A DNA stretch of 64,000 nt from Myxococcota bacterium (GCA_965247115.1 CBDFGR010000003.1:1952001-2016000); one strand, 5' to 3'. Counted from the stretch's first letter, positions 27,221-37,714 are shown. Numbers and translations: made by a program. Notes: generated by a model not told the origin, from the letters alone.

Positions 27221-28876
27221 TCAGCTCGAATCGGATGGATCGTACCCGTACTCCCGGGCCGCCGCCTCGGGGGTGACAAATCCGTCCTCGAGGTCACGCT
27301 GCACGCGCTCGCGGGGGCGATCGCGCGGATCGCCGAAGCCGCCCCCGCCCGCCTCGACCAGCGTGATCCGGTCGCCGGGCGCGAGCCTGTAACGCCCCTT
27401 CGGATCGATGGGAGATCCGTTGATCCGGTGCTCGCGCCGATGCCCGTCACTCCCGCCCGCGAACCCGAGCGCAGCGAACTCGGTGCGGTTCGCCATGCAC
27501 TGCACGGTCAACGGGTGCCCGCTGTCGTTGCGGATGACGATCTCCTGACCGAGTCCCCCACGCGAGGTGCCGGCGCCACCCGAGTCCGGCAGGAGGCGCT
27601 TGCTAAGGACGGTGGTGCTGGTCAGAGTCTCCCACACCTCCACCGGCACCACAGCCATGTTCGAGGGCCCGGGCAGGGTGTCGGCCCCATCGAGCCCAGC
27701 AAGCGCCCCGAAGCCGCCGGCCGCGAAGTAGATCGTCGACACGTCGTGCCCGTCCCGGTGCCGGCCCTGCACCGCGAGCAGGTTCATCATCCCGCAATCC
27801 GCCTGCACCCGGTCCGGGGCGGCCTCGGCGAGCGCCCCGAAAAGCAGCGGTGAGACATAGTGCCCGATCATGTGGCGCGCCCCGGTCGCCGACGGGGGAC
27901 GTGCGTTCAGGATGCAACCCTCCGGCGCAGTCGCGGTGATCGGCACGGTCATCCCGCCGTTGTTCGGCAGCTCCGGCACGGTAAGGCACTTTGCGGTGTA
28001 GAGCACTATGGCGCGCGCGTAGCAGAACGGGACGTTGATCCCCCGGCGCACGCTCCCGCCGGTGCCCTCGAAGTCGGCGTGCAGTCGCCCATCGCCCACG
28101 TCAATTCGCACCGCGAGGTCGATCGGCGCGTCGATCCCCTCGATCGAGATCGCGTTGCGGTAGCTCCCGGGACGCATCTCGCGCAACCGCTCGCGGATCG
28201 CGCGCTCGGAACGCGTGCGGATCTCTAGAGAGAGCTCGCCGAAGCCGTCGAGCCCGTACTCGTCCAGGAAGTCGAGGAGCATACGCTCGCCCACCGCGGT
28301 TGCGGTCACGTTGGCCATCAGGTCGCCGACCACCTCCTCGGGGGCGCGCACGTTGGTGCGCACGAGGTCGATCACCAGCTCGTTGCGCCGTCCCGCCTCG
28401 AACAGCTTGCAGATCGGGAGCCGCAGCCCCTCGTGGTAGATCTCCTCGGCGGTGGCGCCGAAACCGAGGCCGCCCACGTCGGGCAGATGAGTGATGCTGA
28501 TCACGTAGGCTACGATGCGATCTTGGCGGAACACCGGACGCATCACGTTGATGTCGAACATGTGTCCGGTACCGAACCACGGGTCGTTGGTGATCACCAC
28601 GTCGCCGGGGCGCAGGGTCTCGGGCGGGAACCGCTCGAGCATGAAGCCGAGCGTCGCGGGAGCGGTGCCCATGAACACCGGCACGCTGTAGGTGCCCTGC
28701 GCCATCAGCTCGCCGTCCGCGTCGAGCACCGCCACCGTGAGATCGTAGCTCTCGGTCACGATGGTGGAGAACGAGGTCCGCACCAGGGCCGAGACGATCT
28801 CGTCGGAGATCGCCACCAGACGGTCCCACGCGATTCCGACCCCGACCGCGTCGAGCGCTGGACGCACAGCGCTCAC
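27221..28876 (-). CDS. Hydantoinase B / oxoprolinase family protein
   Basis: RTSFS..ESYD, PGDVVITNDP..GH..D, HLPDVGG, EGLRLP and GGGGFGDP motifs. GTG start overlaps the upstream TGA. Confidence 0.93.
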   Translation of the reverse strand: MSAVRPALDAVGVGIAWDRLVAISDEIVSALVRTSFSTIVTESYDLTVAVLDADGELMAQGTYSVPVFMGTAPATLGFMLERFPPETLRPGDVVITNDPWFGTGHMFDINVMRPVFRQDRIVAYVISITHLPDVGGLGFGATAEEIYHEGLRLPICKLFEAGRRNELVIDLVRTNVRAPEEVVGDLMANVTATAVGERMLLDFLDEYGLDGFGELSLEIRTRSERAIRERLREMRPGSYRNAISIEGIDAPIDLAVRIDVGDGRLHADFEGTGGSVRRGINVPFCYARAIVLYTAKCLTVPELPNNGGMTVPITATAPEGCILNARPPSATGARHMIGHYVSPLLFGALAEAAPDRVQADCGMMNLLAVQGRHRDGHDVSTIYFAAGGFGALAGLDGADTLPGPSNMAVVPVEVWETLTSTTVLSKRLLPDSGGAGTSRGGLGQEIVIRNDSGHPLTVQCMANRTEFAALGFAGGSDGHRREHRINGSPIDPKGRYRLAPGDRITLVEAGGGGFGDPRDRPRERVQRDLEDGFVTPEAAAREYGYDPSDSS

Positions 28877-31011
28877 GAGACCGGGCCTGCGGCGGCCGCA
28901 ACCGCGGCAGTGGTCTCCACCCGCGCGCCGAGCACGGCGACCAGGTTCGAGGCCGCATCGACCGTGACCCGATCGGCCGGCCCGACGACCACGGTGGACT
29001 CGCGCTCCTCGACTAGAGCCGGCCCCTCGATCGTGGCGTCGCGGGCGAGTGCGTAACGGTCGTAGACAGGGGTATCGATCCACCCGCGCCCGGCGAAGTA
29101 CGCACGGCGCTCGCCCTTGCGTGCCCCCGCGGGCGATTGCGCGCCACCGCCCGCGATCGCATAGCCCGCATCGAGGCCGGGCGCGGGGCCGCGCGCCTCG
29201 ACCTTCCAGGTTGTGATCACCAGCGGTGCGTCGAGGTAGGCGAAGGCGTAGAGCGTCTCGTAGCGGCGCCGGAAGAGCGCCGGAAGGTCGGCGAGGCTCG
29301 CGCCCGGATCCGCTCCGGCGGGCAGGGTCACCTCGATCTCGTGCCCCTGGCCGTGATAGCGCATGTCGAGACGGCGCTCGATCGCGATCGCGGAGGCGTC
29401 GAGCCCGGCTGCGAGGAGCGGGGTGCACGCCTCGGCCTCGATCGCGGCGAATGCGCCCGCGAACGTGACCGCATCCAGGTCGCGCACGAACCGCTGTCGG
29501 GTCTGGGCCACCTCGAACGCGAGGGGGCTCGCAAGCAGCCCGAGGGCGGACATCACCCCCGCTGCGACCGGGAATACCACGCGCGGGATGCCGAGCTTCC
29601 TCGCCACCCCCAGCGCGTGTACCGGTCCCGAGCCGCCGAACGCGATCATCGACCCTGCCCGGTAGTCGAAGCCGCGCTCGGAGGCGTGGATGCGGAAGGC
29701 GCGAGCGACGTCCTCGCTCACGATGTCGTGGATGCCGGAGGCGGCTCGCTCGAGCGCGAGCCCGAGCGGCGCGGCGACCCGCGTCTCGACGGCGCGCTCA
29801 GCCGCCCCGCGATCGAGCGCCATCTCGCCGCCCAGGAAGAAGCCGGGGTCGAGGTAGCCGAGCACGAGGTTCGCGTCGGTGAGCGTCGCCTCGGTCCCGC
29901 CGCGTGCGTAGCACGCGGGTCCGGGATCCGCCCCGGCGCTGCGCGGCCCCACCCGGATCGTGCCACGGGCATCGATCCCAGCAATGCTGCCCCCGCCCGC
30001 ACCGATCTCGATCATGTCGATCACCGGGGTGCGCAGAGGCAGCCCGCTGCCCGCCTTGAACTCGTGCTCGCGCGCGACCTCGAGCGAGTACACCTTCATC
30101 GCGTCGCCGTCGCGAACCAGTGCCCCCTTCGCGGTCGTGCCGCCCATGTCGAACGAGAGCAGGTCCGGGAGCCCGAGCGCGCGGCCCTGGAACACCGACA
30201 TCCGCGCGCCGGCGGCGGGCCCCGACTCGACCACCCGCACCGGGAGGCGCCGCGCGGTCTCGGGCGCCAGGGTGCCGCCGCTCGAGCTCATCACGTGGAG
30301 CCGACCGCGGAAGCCGAGCGACGCGAGCCCGCTCTCGATGCGCTCGAGGTAGCGGTCGAACATCGGACGCGTGAACGCGTTGACGCAGGTCGTGGTGAAG
30401 CGCTCGAACTCGCGGCGTCCCGGGAAGACCTCCGAAGAGGTCGAGACCGAGACACCCGGAAACCGGGACTCGACCAGCTTGTGCAGCGCGACCTCGTGCG
30501 TCGGATTCGCGTACGCGTGCAGGAGACAGATCGCGAGCGCCTCGATGCCTTCGCGCTCGACGAGATCGCGCACCGCAGTTTCGGCCGCGTCGAGATCGAG
30601 CTCGGTCTCGACGGTGCCGTCGAAGCGCACCCGCTCGCGGACCTCGCGCCGCAGCGCACGGGGCACGAGAGGATCGGGGAAGGTGATGCGCAGATCGAAG
30701 ATGTCGTAGCGCTTCTCGTGACGCATATCGAGAATGTCCCGGAAGCCGTCCGTCGTCAGCATCCCGGTTCGCGCACCCTTTCGCTCGATGACGGCGTTGG
30801 TGACGAGCGTCGTACCGTGCACGACCTCGCTGACTCGCCCGACGTCGACCGCCTCACGTGCGAGGAGCGCCGCGACCCCGTCTACGACCGCAACGGAGGG
30901 ATCCTCGGAGGTAGTGAGCTGCTTGGAGATCGCGAGGGCGCCGCTCTCGGCGTCGAAGAGCGCGAAGTCCGTAAAGGTACCCCCGATGTCGATGCCGAGG
31001 CGGTAGCTCAT
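28873..31011 (-). CDS. Hydantoinase A / oxoprolinase family protein (ATP-binding)
   Basis: DIGGTFTD, HGTTLVTN, ESGPAAG, DMGGTT, IGAGGGS and SAGADPGPACY motifs. Confidence 0.95.
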   Translation of the reverse strand: MSYRLGIDIGGTFTDFALFDAESGALAISKQLTTSEDPSVAVVDGVAALLAREAVDVGRVSEVVHGTTLVTNAVIERKGARTGMLTTDGFRDILDMRHEKRYDIFDLRITFPDPLVPRALRREVRERVRFDGTVETELDLDAAETAVRDLVEREGIEALAICLLHAYANPTHEVALHKLVESRFPGVSVSTSSEVFPGRREFERFTTTCVNAFTRPMFDRYLERIESGLASLGFRGRLHVMSSSGGTLAPETARRLPVRVVESGPAAGARMSVFQGRALGLPDLLSFDMGGTTAKGALVRDGDAMKVYSLEVAREHEFKAGSGLPLRTPVIDMIEIGAGGGSIAGIDARGTIRVGPRSAGADPGPACYARGGTEATLTDANLVLGYLDPGFFLGGEMALDRGAAERAVETRVAAPLGLALERAASGIHDIVSEDVARAFRIHASERGFDYRAGSMIAFGGSGPVHALGVARKLGIPRVVFPVAAGVMSALGLLASPLAFEVAQTRQRFVRDLDAVTFAGAFAAIEAEACTPLLAAGLDASAIAIERRLDMRYHGQGHEIEVTLPAGADPGASLADLPALFRRRYETLYAFAYLDAPLVITTWKVEARGPAPGLDAGYAIAGGGAQSPAGARKGERRAYFAGRGWIDTPVYDRYALARDATIEGPALVEERESTVVVGPADRVTVDAASNLVAVLGARVETTAAVAAAAGPVS

Positions 31012-32285
31012 GCCGCGCGCGTGCACTCGACGAGTGCCTGATCGAGGATCGTCACCGCGGTATCGATCTGATCGCGGGACACGGTGAGCGGTGGCGCGAT
31101 CCGGAACACGTTGGCCTGCGAGCGGCGCCCGATGTTAAGGCTCGCCCCTAGCTCGAGGCAGCGCCGGCTGACCGCCGTCCCCAGCTCGAGCGCGGGTCGT
31201 TTGCTGCGCCGGTCCAGGACCAGCTCCAGCCCGAGCAGGAGGCCGCGGCCGCGGACGTCGCCGACCGCTTCGTGTCGCTGCTGCAGCTCGCGGAGCAGCG
31301 CCTTCAAGTACGTCCCGAGCTCGCGGGCACGCTCGGCCAGCTTGTCGCGCACGACGATCTCGATCACCTTCCGCCCGACCGCGGCCGGGAGCGGATCCGC
31401 GGCGTGGGTCGTGTAGAAGAGGTAATCGCGCTCGAAGCAGGTCTGCTCCAGCGCACCCGAGGTGATCGTCGCCGATAACGGCAACCCCGCCCCCAGGGTC
31501 TTCGACAGGGTGAGCACGTCGGGCACCACCCCGTCGTGCTCGAACGCGAACAGGTCGCCCGTGCGCCCGAGACCGGTCTGGGCCTCGTCCACGACGAGGA
31601 GCATGCCGCGCGCGCGACAGCGTTCAGCAAGCGCCGGGAGGTACCCCTCCGGCAGCTCGATGATGCCGCCAGAGCTCAGAATCGGCTCGACGATGCATGC
31701 CGCGAGACTGCCGACCGACTGGCGGTCGATCAACTCGAAGCCGTAGTCAAGCTCGCCCTCCCAGTCGTAGCTACTCTCGCTCGCGAACGGCGAGCGGTAG
31801 GCGTGCGGGGTCGGCAGCGCAAGCGCACCGGGCAGTGCTGGCCCGTAGCCGCGGCGCCCGCCGTTGAAGGTCGCGGACGCCGCCCCTCCGGTCACGCCGT
31901 GCCAGGACTGGTCGAAGGCGACGGTCTCGAAGCCGCCGGTCGCGAGCTTCGCGATCTTGAGCGCGGCCTCGTTCGACTCGCCGCCGGTACTGAGCGGCAG
32001 CACCGCAGAGAGCGACGGCGGCAGGATCGCGGCGAGCGCCTCTGCGAACTCGATGACCGGCGTCGAGAGGAAGCTGCTGTGAAGGTGGTCGAGCGCGCCG
32101 ACCGCCTCGCGCACGGTGGCGACGATCTCGGGGTGCGAGTGACCGAGGATCGCGCTCATCTGACCAGAGGTGAAGTCGAGGATCGCCCGGTCGTCGCGAT
32201 CGTAGAGACAGGCGCCCTCGGCGTGCTCGATCAGCAGATCGGCGAACTCGCCACCGTAGCGAAAGACGTGGTGATCAGCGGGCAC
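31008..32285 (-). CDS. dgdA: Class III PLP enzyme, 2,2-dialkylglycine decarboxylase-like
   Basis: RYGG, ILDFTSGQMSAILGH, SWHG, EPILSSGGIIELP, DEAQTG, TLSKTLGAGLP and YLFYTTH closely follow the DgdA sequence as recalled. Confidence 0.85.
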   Translation of the reverse strand: MPADHHVFRYGGEFADLLIEHAEGACLYDRDDRAILDFTSGQMSAILGHSHPEIVATVREAVGALDHLHSSFLSTPVIEFAEALAAILPPSLSAVLPLSTGGESNEAALKIAKLATGGFETVAFDQSWHGVTGGAASATFNGGRRGYGPALPGALALPTPHAYRSPFASESSYDWEGELDYGFELIDRQSVGSLAACIVEPILSSGGIIELPEGYLPALAERCRARGMLLVVDEAQTGLGRTGDLFAFEHDGVVPDVLTLSKTLGAGLPLSATITSGALEQTCFERDYLFYTTHAADPLPAAVGRKVIEIVVRDKLAERARELGTYLKALLRELQQRHEAVGDVRGRGLLLGLELVLDRRSKRPALELGTAVSRRCLELGASLNIGRRSQANVFRIAPPLTVSRDQIDTAVTILDQALVECTRAA

Positions 32286-32377
32286 GGGCCGCTCCTCCGA
32301 GCGCGCGGCGACACGCGCCCGGCCCGATTCGACGTAGAATCATCTGGCGTAGAGTAGAGAAGAGAGGAGGCACGCTG

Positions 32378-34237
32378 ATGAGATGGTTCGTTATGGCATC
32401 GTTCGCCGTCACGGTGTTGCTGCCGGTGGTGACCTGGGGGCAAGTGACAGACTCAGCATACTACGTGATGTACGAGGAGCGGTGCGGGGTCTGTCATGGA
32501 ACGACCGGTGCCGTCACCAACGCGGTCAGTCGCGAGGCCCTCCGAGCCATCTCCCCGGAACGGGTGCTCGAATCGCTGACGACCGGCGCAATGGCGGCCA
32601 ATGCGAGCGGGCTCTCGGAGCAGGAAAAGCGCGGGCTGGCCGCGTGGGTGACCGGACGCCCGTTCGGACACGCGGCGGACCGCACAGCTGCGGCGATGCC
32701 GAACCGCTGTGCCGCTGGCATGCCGATGGGCGATCCATCGACCGGGCCGCACTGGAACGGCATGAGCCCCGATCCCACGACGAGCGCTCGCTTTCAGCCC
32801 ACCGCTGCCGCGGGGCTGACGGTGGATCAGGTGCCGCAGCTGCGGCGGAAGTGGGCGTTCGGCTTTCCGGATGGCAGCGCGGTCCGGGGCCAGCCGACGG
32901 TGGCTGGAGGTCGGGTATTCGTGGGTAGCGACAACGGGGTGGTGTACGCACTGGACGCGCAGACCGGCTGTGTGCACTGGTCCTTTGACGCCGGGGAAGC
33001 CGTCGTGACGGCCGTGAGCGTGGGGAGCGTGCCCGGGTCGCAAGGCCGTCATGCCGCGTACTTTGGAGATTGGCGGGCGAACGTCCACGCCGTGGACGCC
33101 GAGACGGGCGAGTCGCTGTGGACGGTGGGCGTGGACGACCATGAGATGACGAAGATCACGGGGGCGCCGGTGCTCGATGCCCAGGGGGAACGCCTGTATG
33201 TCCCGGTCGGCTCGTGGGAGAAGGGCGCCGGCCAGATCAACCTCTCGTACGAGTGCTGCACCTCCCAGGGCAGCGTGGTGGCGCTGGAGGCCGGAACCGG
33301 GCGGCAGATCTGGAAGACCTATTCGATTCCCGAGCGTCCCAGGCCGGTCAGAAAGAACTCCGCCGGTACGCAGCTGTACGGCCCAGCGGGTGCCGGCATC
33401 TGGGTGGCGCCCACGCTCGACTACAGGCGCCGCGTACTCTACGTCGGTACTGCCAACGGCTACATCGATGTGCCGGACTCGGAGTCCAGTGACGCCATCA
33501 TTGCCTTCGACCTCGACACGGGCAAGCGGCGCTGGTCGACTCAGCTCCTAGCCAACGACATGAACTGCGCGAGTGGAGGGACGGAGACAGACATCAGGCT
33601 CAACTGCCCCGGTTTCGTATTGAATCCGAACGACGATGTGTCGGGGTCGCCTGTGCTGTACACGCTGCCGAATGGACGTCAGATTTTGATCGCGGGGCAG
33701 GAGAGCGGAAGGATCACGGCACTGGATCCCGACAAGAGCGGCGCCGTACTGTGGGTCGCGCAGGCTGGTGACGTGACTCCCCGAGACCAGGGCGGCGGCC
33801 TGGGCGCTGCGGCGGATGGAGAGCTCTACTACAGGGCCCTCGGGTTCCCCGACAAGACCGGTGCGATGGCTGCGCTCCGGCCTGCGACGGGAGAGCGGGT
33901 CTGGTACACCCCGCACGCCAAGCCGACGAGCTGCTCCGATCCCGAGGCGGACTGGTGCAGCTCGGGACTGTTCGCAGCAGCGACGGTGATCCCCGGCGCG
34001 GTGTTCGCAGGGGCGAGGGACGGCACCCTGCGTGCGTACTCGACGGGGGACGGCGAGATCCTGTGGGAGTATAGCACCATGCAGGAGTACGAGACTGTGA
34101 ACGGCGTGCGGGCCAAAGGGGGCACGATCGGTGGCCACGGGCCGGCGATCGTCGGGGGCATGCTGTTCATCGGAACCGGTTACGGCATCAGATACAGCGC
34201 CCCGGGCAACGTGCTGCTCGCGTTTGGCGTCGAGTGA
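32378..34237 (+). CDS. Secreted cytochrome c + PQQ beta-propeller dehydrogenase (polyvinyl alcohol dehydrogenase-like)
   Basis: Signal peptide, CGVCH haem motif, repeated ALDAxTG..W PQQ motifs, YECCT and GNVLLAFG. Confidence 0.88.
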   Translation: MRWFVMASFAVTVLLPVVTWGQVTDSAYYVMYEERCGVCHGTTGAVTNAVSREALRAISPERVLESLTTGAMAANASGLSEQEKRGLAAWVTGRPFGHAADRTAAAMPNRCAAGMPMGDPSTGPHWNGMSPDPTTSARFQPTAAAGLTVDQVPQLRRKWAFGFPDGSAVRGQPTVAGGRVFVGSDNGVVYALDAQTGCVHWSFDAGEAVVTAVSVGSVPGSQGRHAAYFGDWRANVHAVDAETGESLWTVGVDDHEMTKITGAPVLDAQGERLYVPVGSWEKGAGQINLSYECCTSQGSVVALEAGTGRQIWKTYSIPERPRPVRKNSAGTQLYGPAGAGIWVAPTLDYRRRVLYVGTANGYIDVPDSESSDAIIAFDLDTGKRRWSTQLLANDMNCASGGTETDIRLNCPGFVLNPNDDVSGSPVLYTLPNGRQILIAGQESGRITALDPDKSGAVLWVAQAGDVTPRDQGGGLGAAADGELYYRALGFPDKTGAMAALRPATGERVWYTPHAKPTSCSDPEADWCSSGLFAAATVIPGAVFAGARDGTLRAYSTGDGEILWEYSTMQEYETVNGVRAKGGTIGGHGPAIVGGMLFIGTGYGIRYSAPGNVLLAFGVE

Positions 34238-34261
34238 CGCTTTCCGAAGCGTTGCGGACCT

Positions 34262-35584
34262 TTAGCTGGACGACGCCGCAGACTCCATCGCTCGCGGGCC
34301 GAGTTCCAGCTCTTCCAGATCCGTCTTCAGCGTGCGCGCGGCAAGAAAGTAGTGGGTAGCGCACCACAAATTCAGAAACGCCAGAAAGAACAGAGCGACC
34401 CGCAGCGACTCTTGACCGTAGTCTGCGGCAAACAAGTCGCTCAAGATCCCGACCAGCTGCGGCCCGAACCCCAGTCCGATGATGTTGAGGATGAATAGCG
34501 TGATGCTCGACGCCAATGCGCGCATCCGGACGTTGACCAGGCCTTGGACCAGCGCGAAGGTCGGCGCCAGGAAAAATCCGCCAAAAAACGCGGGAACGAG
34601 GTACAGCGCGAGGAACGTCCAGAAGTCATCGACGACGAATACGAGCGCAAGGAACGGTACGTAGCCGCCCTTGGCGGCGGCCACCAGCCAGCAGCGCCAA
34701 CGCTCGTCGCGCTTGGCCAACACGTCGACGAGCTTTCCAGCGGTAAAAGTCCCCAAGCCCCCGACGATGCCGGTCATCAAGGCGAGCGTCAGGCCGACTT
34801 CGGTCGGACTCAGTCCGTGCGATCGCATGAGGAAGGACGGCATCCACAATACGAAGCCATAGCCAACGAATCCAGCCACCGATGCGCCTGCCACCAGATG
34901 ACGAATCGACTTCACTCTCCACATCCGCGTCGCGACTGCGCTGAAAGGCGGCGCCTGGTCGTCGGATTGGCTCGCGACTTCCTCGCTCGCGCCGCGCTCA
35001 GGCTCCTGTGTCGTGAAGTACACCAGCGCTGCAATGACGAGGCCGGGCACGCCCACCGCAACGAAGGTCACGCGCCAGCCGAAGTGCTCGCTCATCCAGC
35101 CGCCGACCAAGTAGGCGATCAAAAGGCCGACGTTGACGCCCAACGCGAATACGCCCATCGCGGTGCCGCGGGTGGCAGGTTTGAACAGATCCGCGATCAC
35201 CGAATGGGAAGGTGGCGAGGAGCCCGCCTCGCCGCTCCCGACCCCGATGCGCGCGAGGGCAAGCTGGACAAACGTCTGCGCGACGCCACACAGCACCGTC
35301 ATCAGGCTCCACACCGTGGTCGCGATTGCGATGATGTTGCGGCGATTCGTTCGGTCCGCAAGCATCGCGATAGGCATGCCTAGCGTCGCGTAGAAGATCG
35401 CGAAGGTCAGGCCGATCAAGAATCCCATCTGAGTGTCGCTGGCGTCGAGCTCGAGCTTGATCGGCTCCAGCAGGATGCCCATGATCTGCCGGTCCACGTG
35501 GCTCGACGCATACACGGCGGTCAACACGCCGAGGACGTACCACTTGTACCGGGGCCTGGCGGCGATTCGATCACGAAGCGGCAT
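34262..35584 (-). CDS. MFS transporter (spinster-like)
   Basis: DRQIMGILLEPIK, ADRTNRR and RIGVGSGEAG motifs, about 12 TM segments. Confidence 0.92.
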   Translation of the reverse strand: MPLRDRIAARPRYKWYVLGVLTAVYASSHVDRQIMGILLEPIKLELDASDTQMGFLIGLTFAIFYATLGMPIAMLADRTNRRNIIAIATTVWSLMTVLCGVAQTFVQLALARIGVGSGEAGSSPPSHSVIADLFKPATRGTAMGVFALGVNVGLLIAYLVGGWMSEHFGWRVTFVAVGVPGLVIAALVYFTTQEPERGASEEVASQSDDQAPPFSAVATRMWRVKSIRHLVAGASVAGFVGYGFVLWMPSFLMRSHGLSPTEVGLTLALMTGIVGGLGTFTAGKLVDVLAKRDERWRCWLVAAAKGGYVPFLALVFVVDDFWTFLALYLVPAFFGGFFLAPTFALVQGLVNVRMRALASSITLFILNIIGLGFGPQLVGILSDLFAADYGQESLRVALFFLAFLNLWCATHYFLAARTLKTDLEELELGPRAMESAASSS

Positions 35585-35648
35585 GGCGGCGCCACGATAC
35601 TTCAGATCCGTCCCGCGGTACACTAGCCCAACAGGAAGGGCCCGAAGA

Positions 35649-37631
35649 ATGGCGGTAGCTAGCTTTCAGATACTCTCGCGCGAGCCGTACGACGGGGGCA
35701 CCGACCTTGGTTCGGTGGGGGCGTACGAGCAGATCAACGCCGTCGTCGACTACGCAGTCGACCCGGCCCATCCGCAGAACAGCGGAATCGTCGATCTCGC
35801 CCAGGCGAAGCGCAGCGGGGACGGACTTGTTCACTTTCGCGGAGATGCCGTCCTCCTGCAGCCGGCCGACCCGTTGCGCGGACAGCGCGCGCTCCTGCTC
35901 GAGGTACCGAACCGGGGCCGACGGACAGCGACGGGCATGTTCAATCGCAGCGCCCGGGCATTCGAGCCCACTCCCGAGATCGACGCCGGGGATGGCTTCC
36001 TGTTCCGCGAAGGCTGGTCGGTCGGTTGGTGCGGTTGGCAGTGGGACGTCCCTCGCGACGCGACGCGCATGGGGCTGGACGTGCCGATCCTCGTGGACCC
36101 CGCAGGCGCTCCCGTTGCGGACTGGCTTCAACTCCGGCTTCAGCTCCACGCCCCATGCGCATCGGTCAACCTCACGGATCAGCACGTCGGCTCGCTCGGT
36201 GTGCACAAGCGGATCCCCGCGGCGGACATCGACGATCCCGAGGCGAAGCTGCTCGCCCGGGATCGCCTCTGGGACGAGCCCGTCGAGCTCGGGCGGGACC
36301 AGTGGCGCTTCGCGCGAGCGGATGGCGACACCGTAGTCGCGGATCCAGAACACGTCTGGCTCCGCGGCGGCTTCGAACCGGGCCGCATCTACGACTTGGT
36401 CTACCGCACTGGGCGTTGCCCGGTGGCGGGCGTCGGGCTCCTCGCGGTTCGCGACCTGGCGACCTTCTTTTCGAGCGACGCCGACGCGAACCCCGCGGCA
36501 GGCCGCATCGACCACGTCGTGGGAACCGGCCAGTCTCAGTGCGGCCGCTTCCTGCGCACGTTTCTGCACCTTGGGCTGAACCGCACGGAGGACGGTGGAA
36601 GAGCGTTCGATGGAATCCTCGCGCACATTGCGGGCGGGCGCCGCGGCGAGTTCAACCACCGCCTCGCACAGCCGTCCGTACAGCCAACGCCGAGCTTCGG
36701 ACACCGCTTTCCGTTTGCGGACAACGCGCAGACCGACCCGCAGTCAGGGAACACCGACGGTCTGCTCGCCCGGCTGCAGGAAGCTGGCTCCCTGCCCAAG
36801 GTGATCTACACGAACACCGCAGCGGAGTACTGGCGCGGCGACGCCTCGCTCGCGCACACCTCCGTCATCGACGGAGGCGATGTCGCGCTTCCCGACGAGA
36901 CGCGGCACTACCTGTTCGCCTCCACCCAGCACGGCCCGGGCTCCCTGCCGCTGATCGACCTCAGTCTCTTCGGCAGCCGCGGGGGCAACTGCTTCAACGT
37001 CGTCGATTACACGCCGCTCATGCGAGCGGCGCTCACGAATCTACTTCGCTGGGTCGCCGACGATACGGCGCCACCCCCGAGCGTGGTCCCTCGCGCGAGC
37101 GAGGGGACTGCGACCAGACGCGAGCAGGTGTTGGATGCCGTCTCGAAGATCCCGGGCATGGCTCGGCCGGACGGCAAGGGCCTGTGCACTCTTCGACCGA
37201 TGGACCTCGGTCCGGGCGAGGCGTCCGGGGTTGGCTCTTTCCCCGCCCGCCCCATAGGCGACGAGTACCCGTGTCGGGTCTCCGCGGTCGACGCAGACGG
37301 AAACGAGCTCGGCGGTATCCGCATGCCCGACGTCACCGTTCCCGTCGCAACCCACACCGGCTGGAACCCGCGCCACGCGAGCACCGGCGCGTCGGACCAG
37401 CTCTTGGAGTACCTGGGGTCCACAATCCCGTTCGCCGTCGATCGACAGACCCGCGAGGCCAGGGGAGACCCGCGAGCGTCGCTCGAAGAGCGCTATCGCG
37501 ACGCGCACGACTATCTGGACCAAGTTCGCGAGGCGGCAACGCAACTGGCGACACAGGGCTACCTGCTCGCTGCCGACGTCGAGCTATGCGTCCGGCTAGC
37601 CAAACACCGCTACGCCGCCTGCACCAGCTGA
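35649..37631 (+). CDS. Alpha/beta hydrolase domain-containing protein
   Basis: EVPNRG, GWQWD, GQSQCGRFLR nucleophile elbow, EYW and STQH motifs. Start at MAVASF. Confidence 0.8.
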   Translation: MAVASFQILSREPYDGGTDLGSVGAYEQINAVVDYAVDPAHPQNSGIVDLAQAKRSGDGLVHFRGDAVLLQPADPLRGQRALLLEVPNRGRRTATGMFNRSARAFEPTPEIDAGDGFLFREGWSVGWCGWQWDVPRDATRMGLDVPILVDPAGAPVADWLQLRLQLHAPCASVNLTDQHVGSLGVHKRIPAADIDDPEAKLLARDRLWDEPVELGRDQWRFARADGDTVVADPEHVWLRGGFEPGRIYDLVYRTGRCPVAGVGLLAVRDLATFFSSDADANPAAGRIDHVVGTGQSQCGRFLRTFLHLGLNRTEDGGRAFDGILAHIAGGRRGEFNHRLAQPSVQPTPSFGHRFPFADNAQTDPQSGNTDGLLARLQEAGSLPKVIYTNTAAEYWRGDASLAHTSVIDGGDVALPDETRHYLFASTQHGPGSLPLIDLSLFGSRGGNCFNVVDYTPLMRAALTNLLRWVADDTAPPPSVVPRASEGTATRREQVLDAVSKIPGMARPDGKGLCTLRPMDLGPGEASGVGSFPARPIGDEYPCRVSAVDADGNELGGIRMPDVTVPVATHTGWNPRHASTGASDQLLEYLGSTIPFAVDRQTREARGDPRASLEERYRDAHDYLDQVREAATQLATQGYLLAADVELCVRLAKHRYAACTS

Positions 37632-37656
37632 GTATCTGACAGAGGCTGCCGGAGTT

Positions 37657-37683
37657 AGCCTGCTCGCGAAGCCCCAGGCTTTT
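37657..37683 (+). terminator. Possible intrinsic terminator
   Basis: AGCCTG...CAGGCT stem followed by a short T run, between convergent genes. The loop is long. Confidence 0.3.
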
Positions 37684-37714
37684 AGCCATTGAAGCAGACA
37701 CGCCGACGCGAGAA

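Noticed and set aside
29137..31041. Long alternative ORFs (e.g. 29137-31041, 36026-37639, 40315-41991, 60845-62299)
   Set aside because: These are shadow or alternative frames of well-supported genes, typical of high-GC DNA, with no family motifs.
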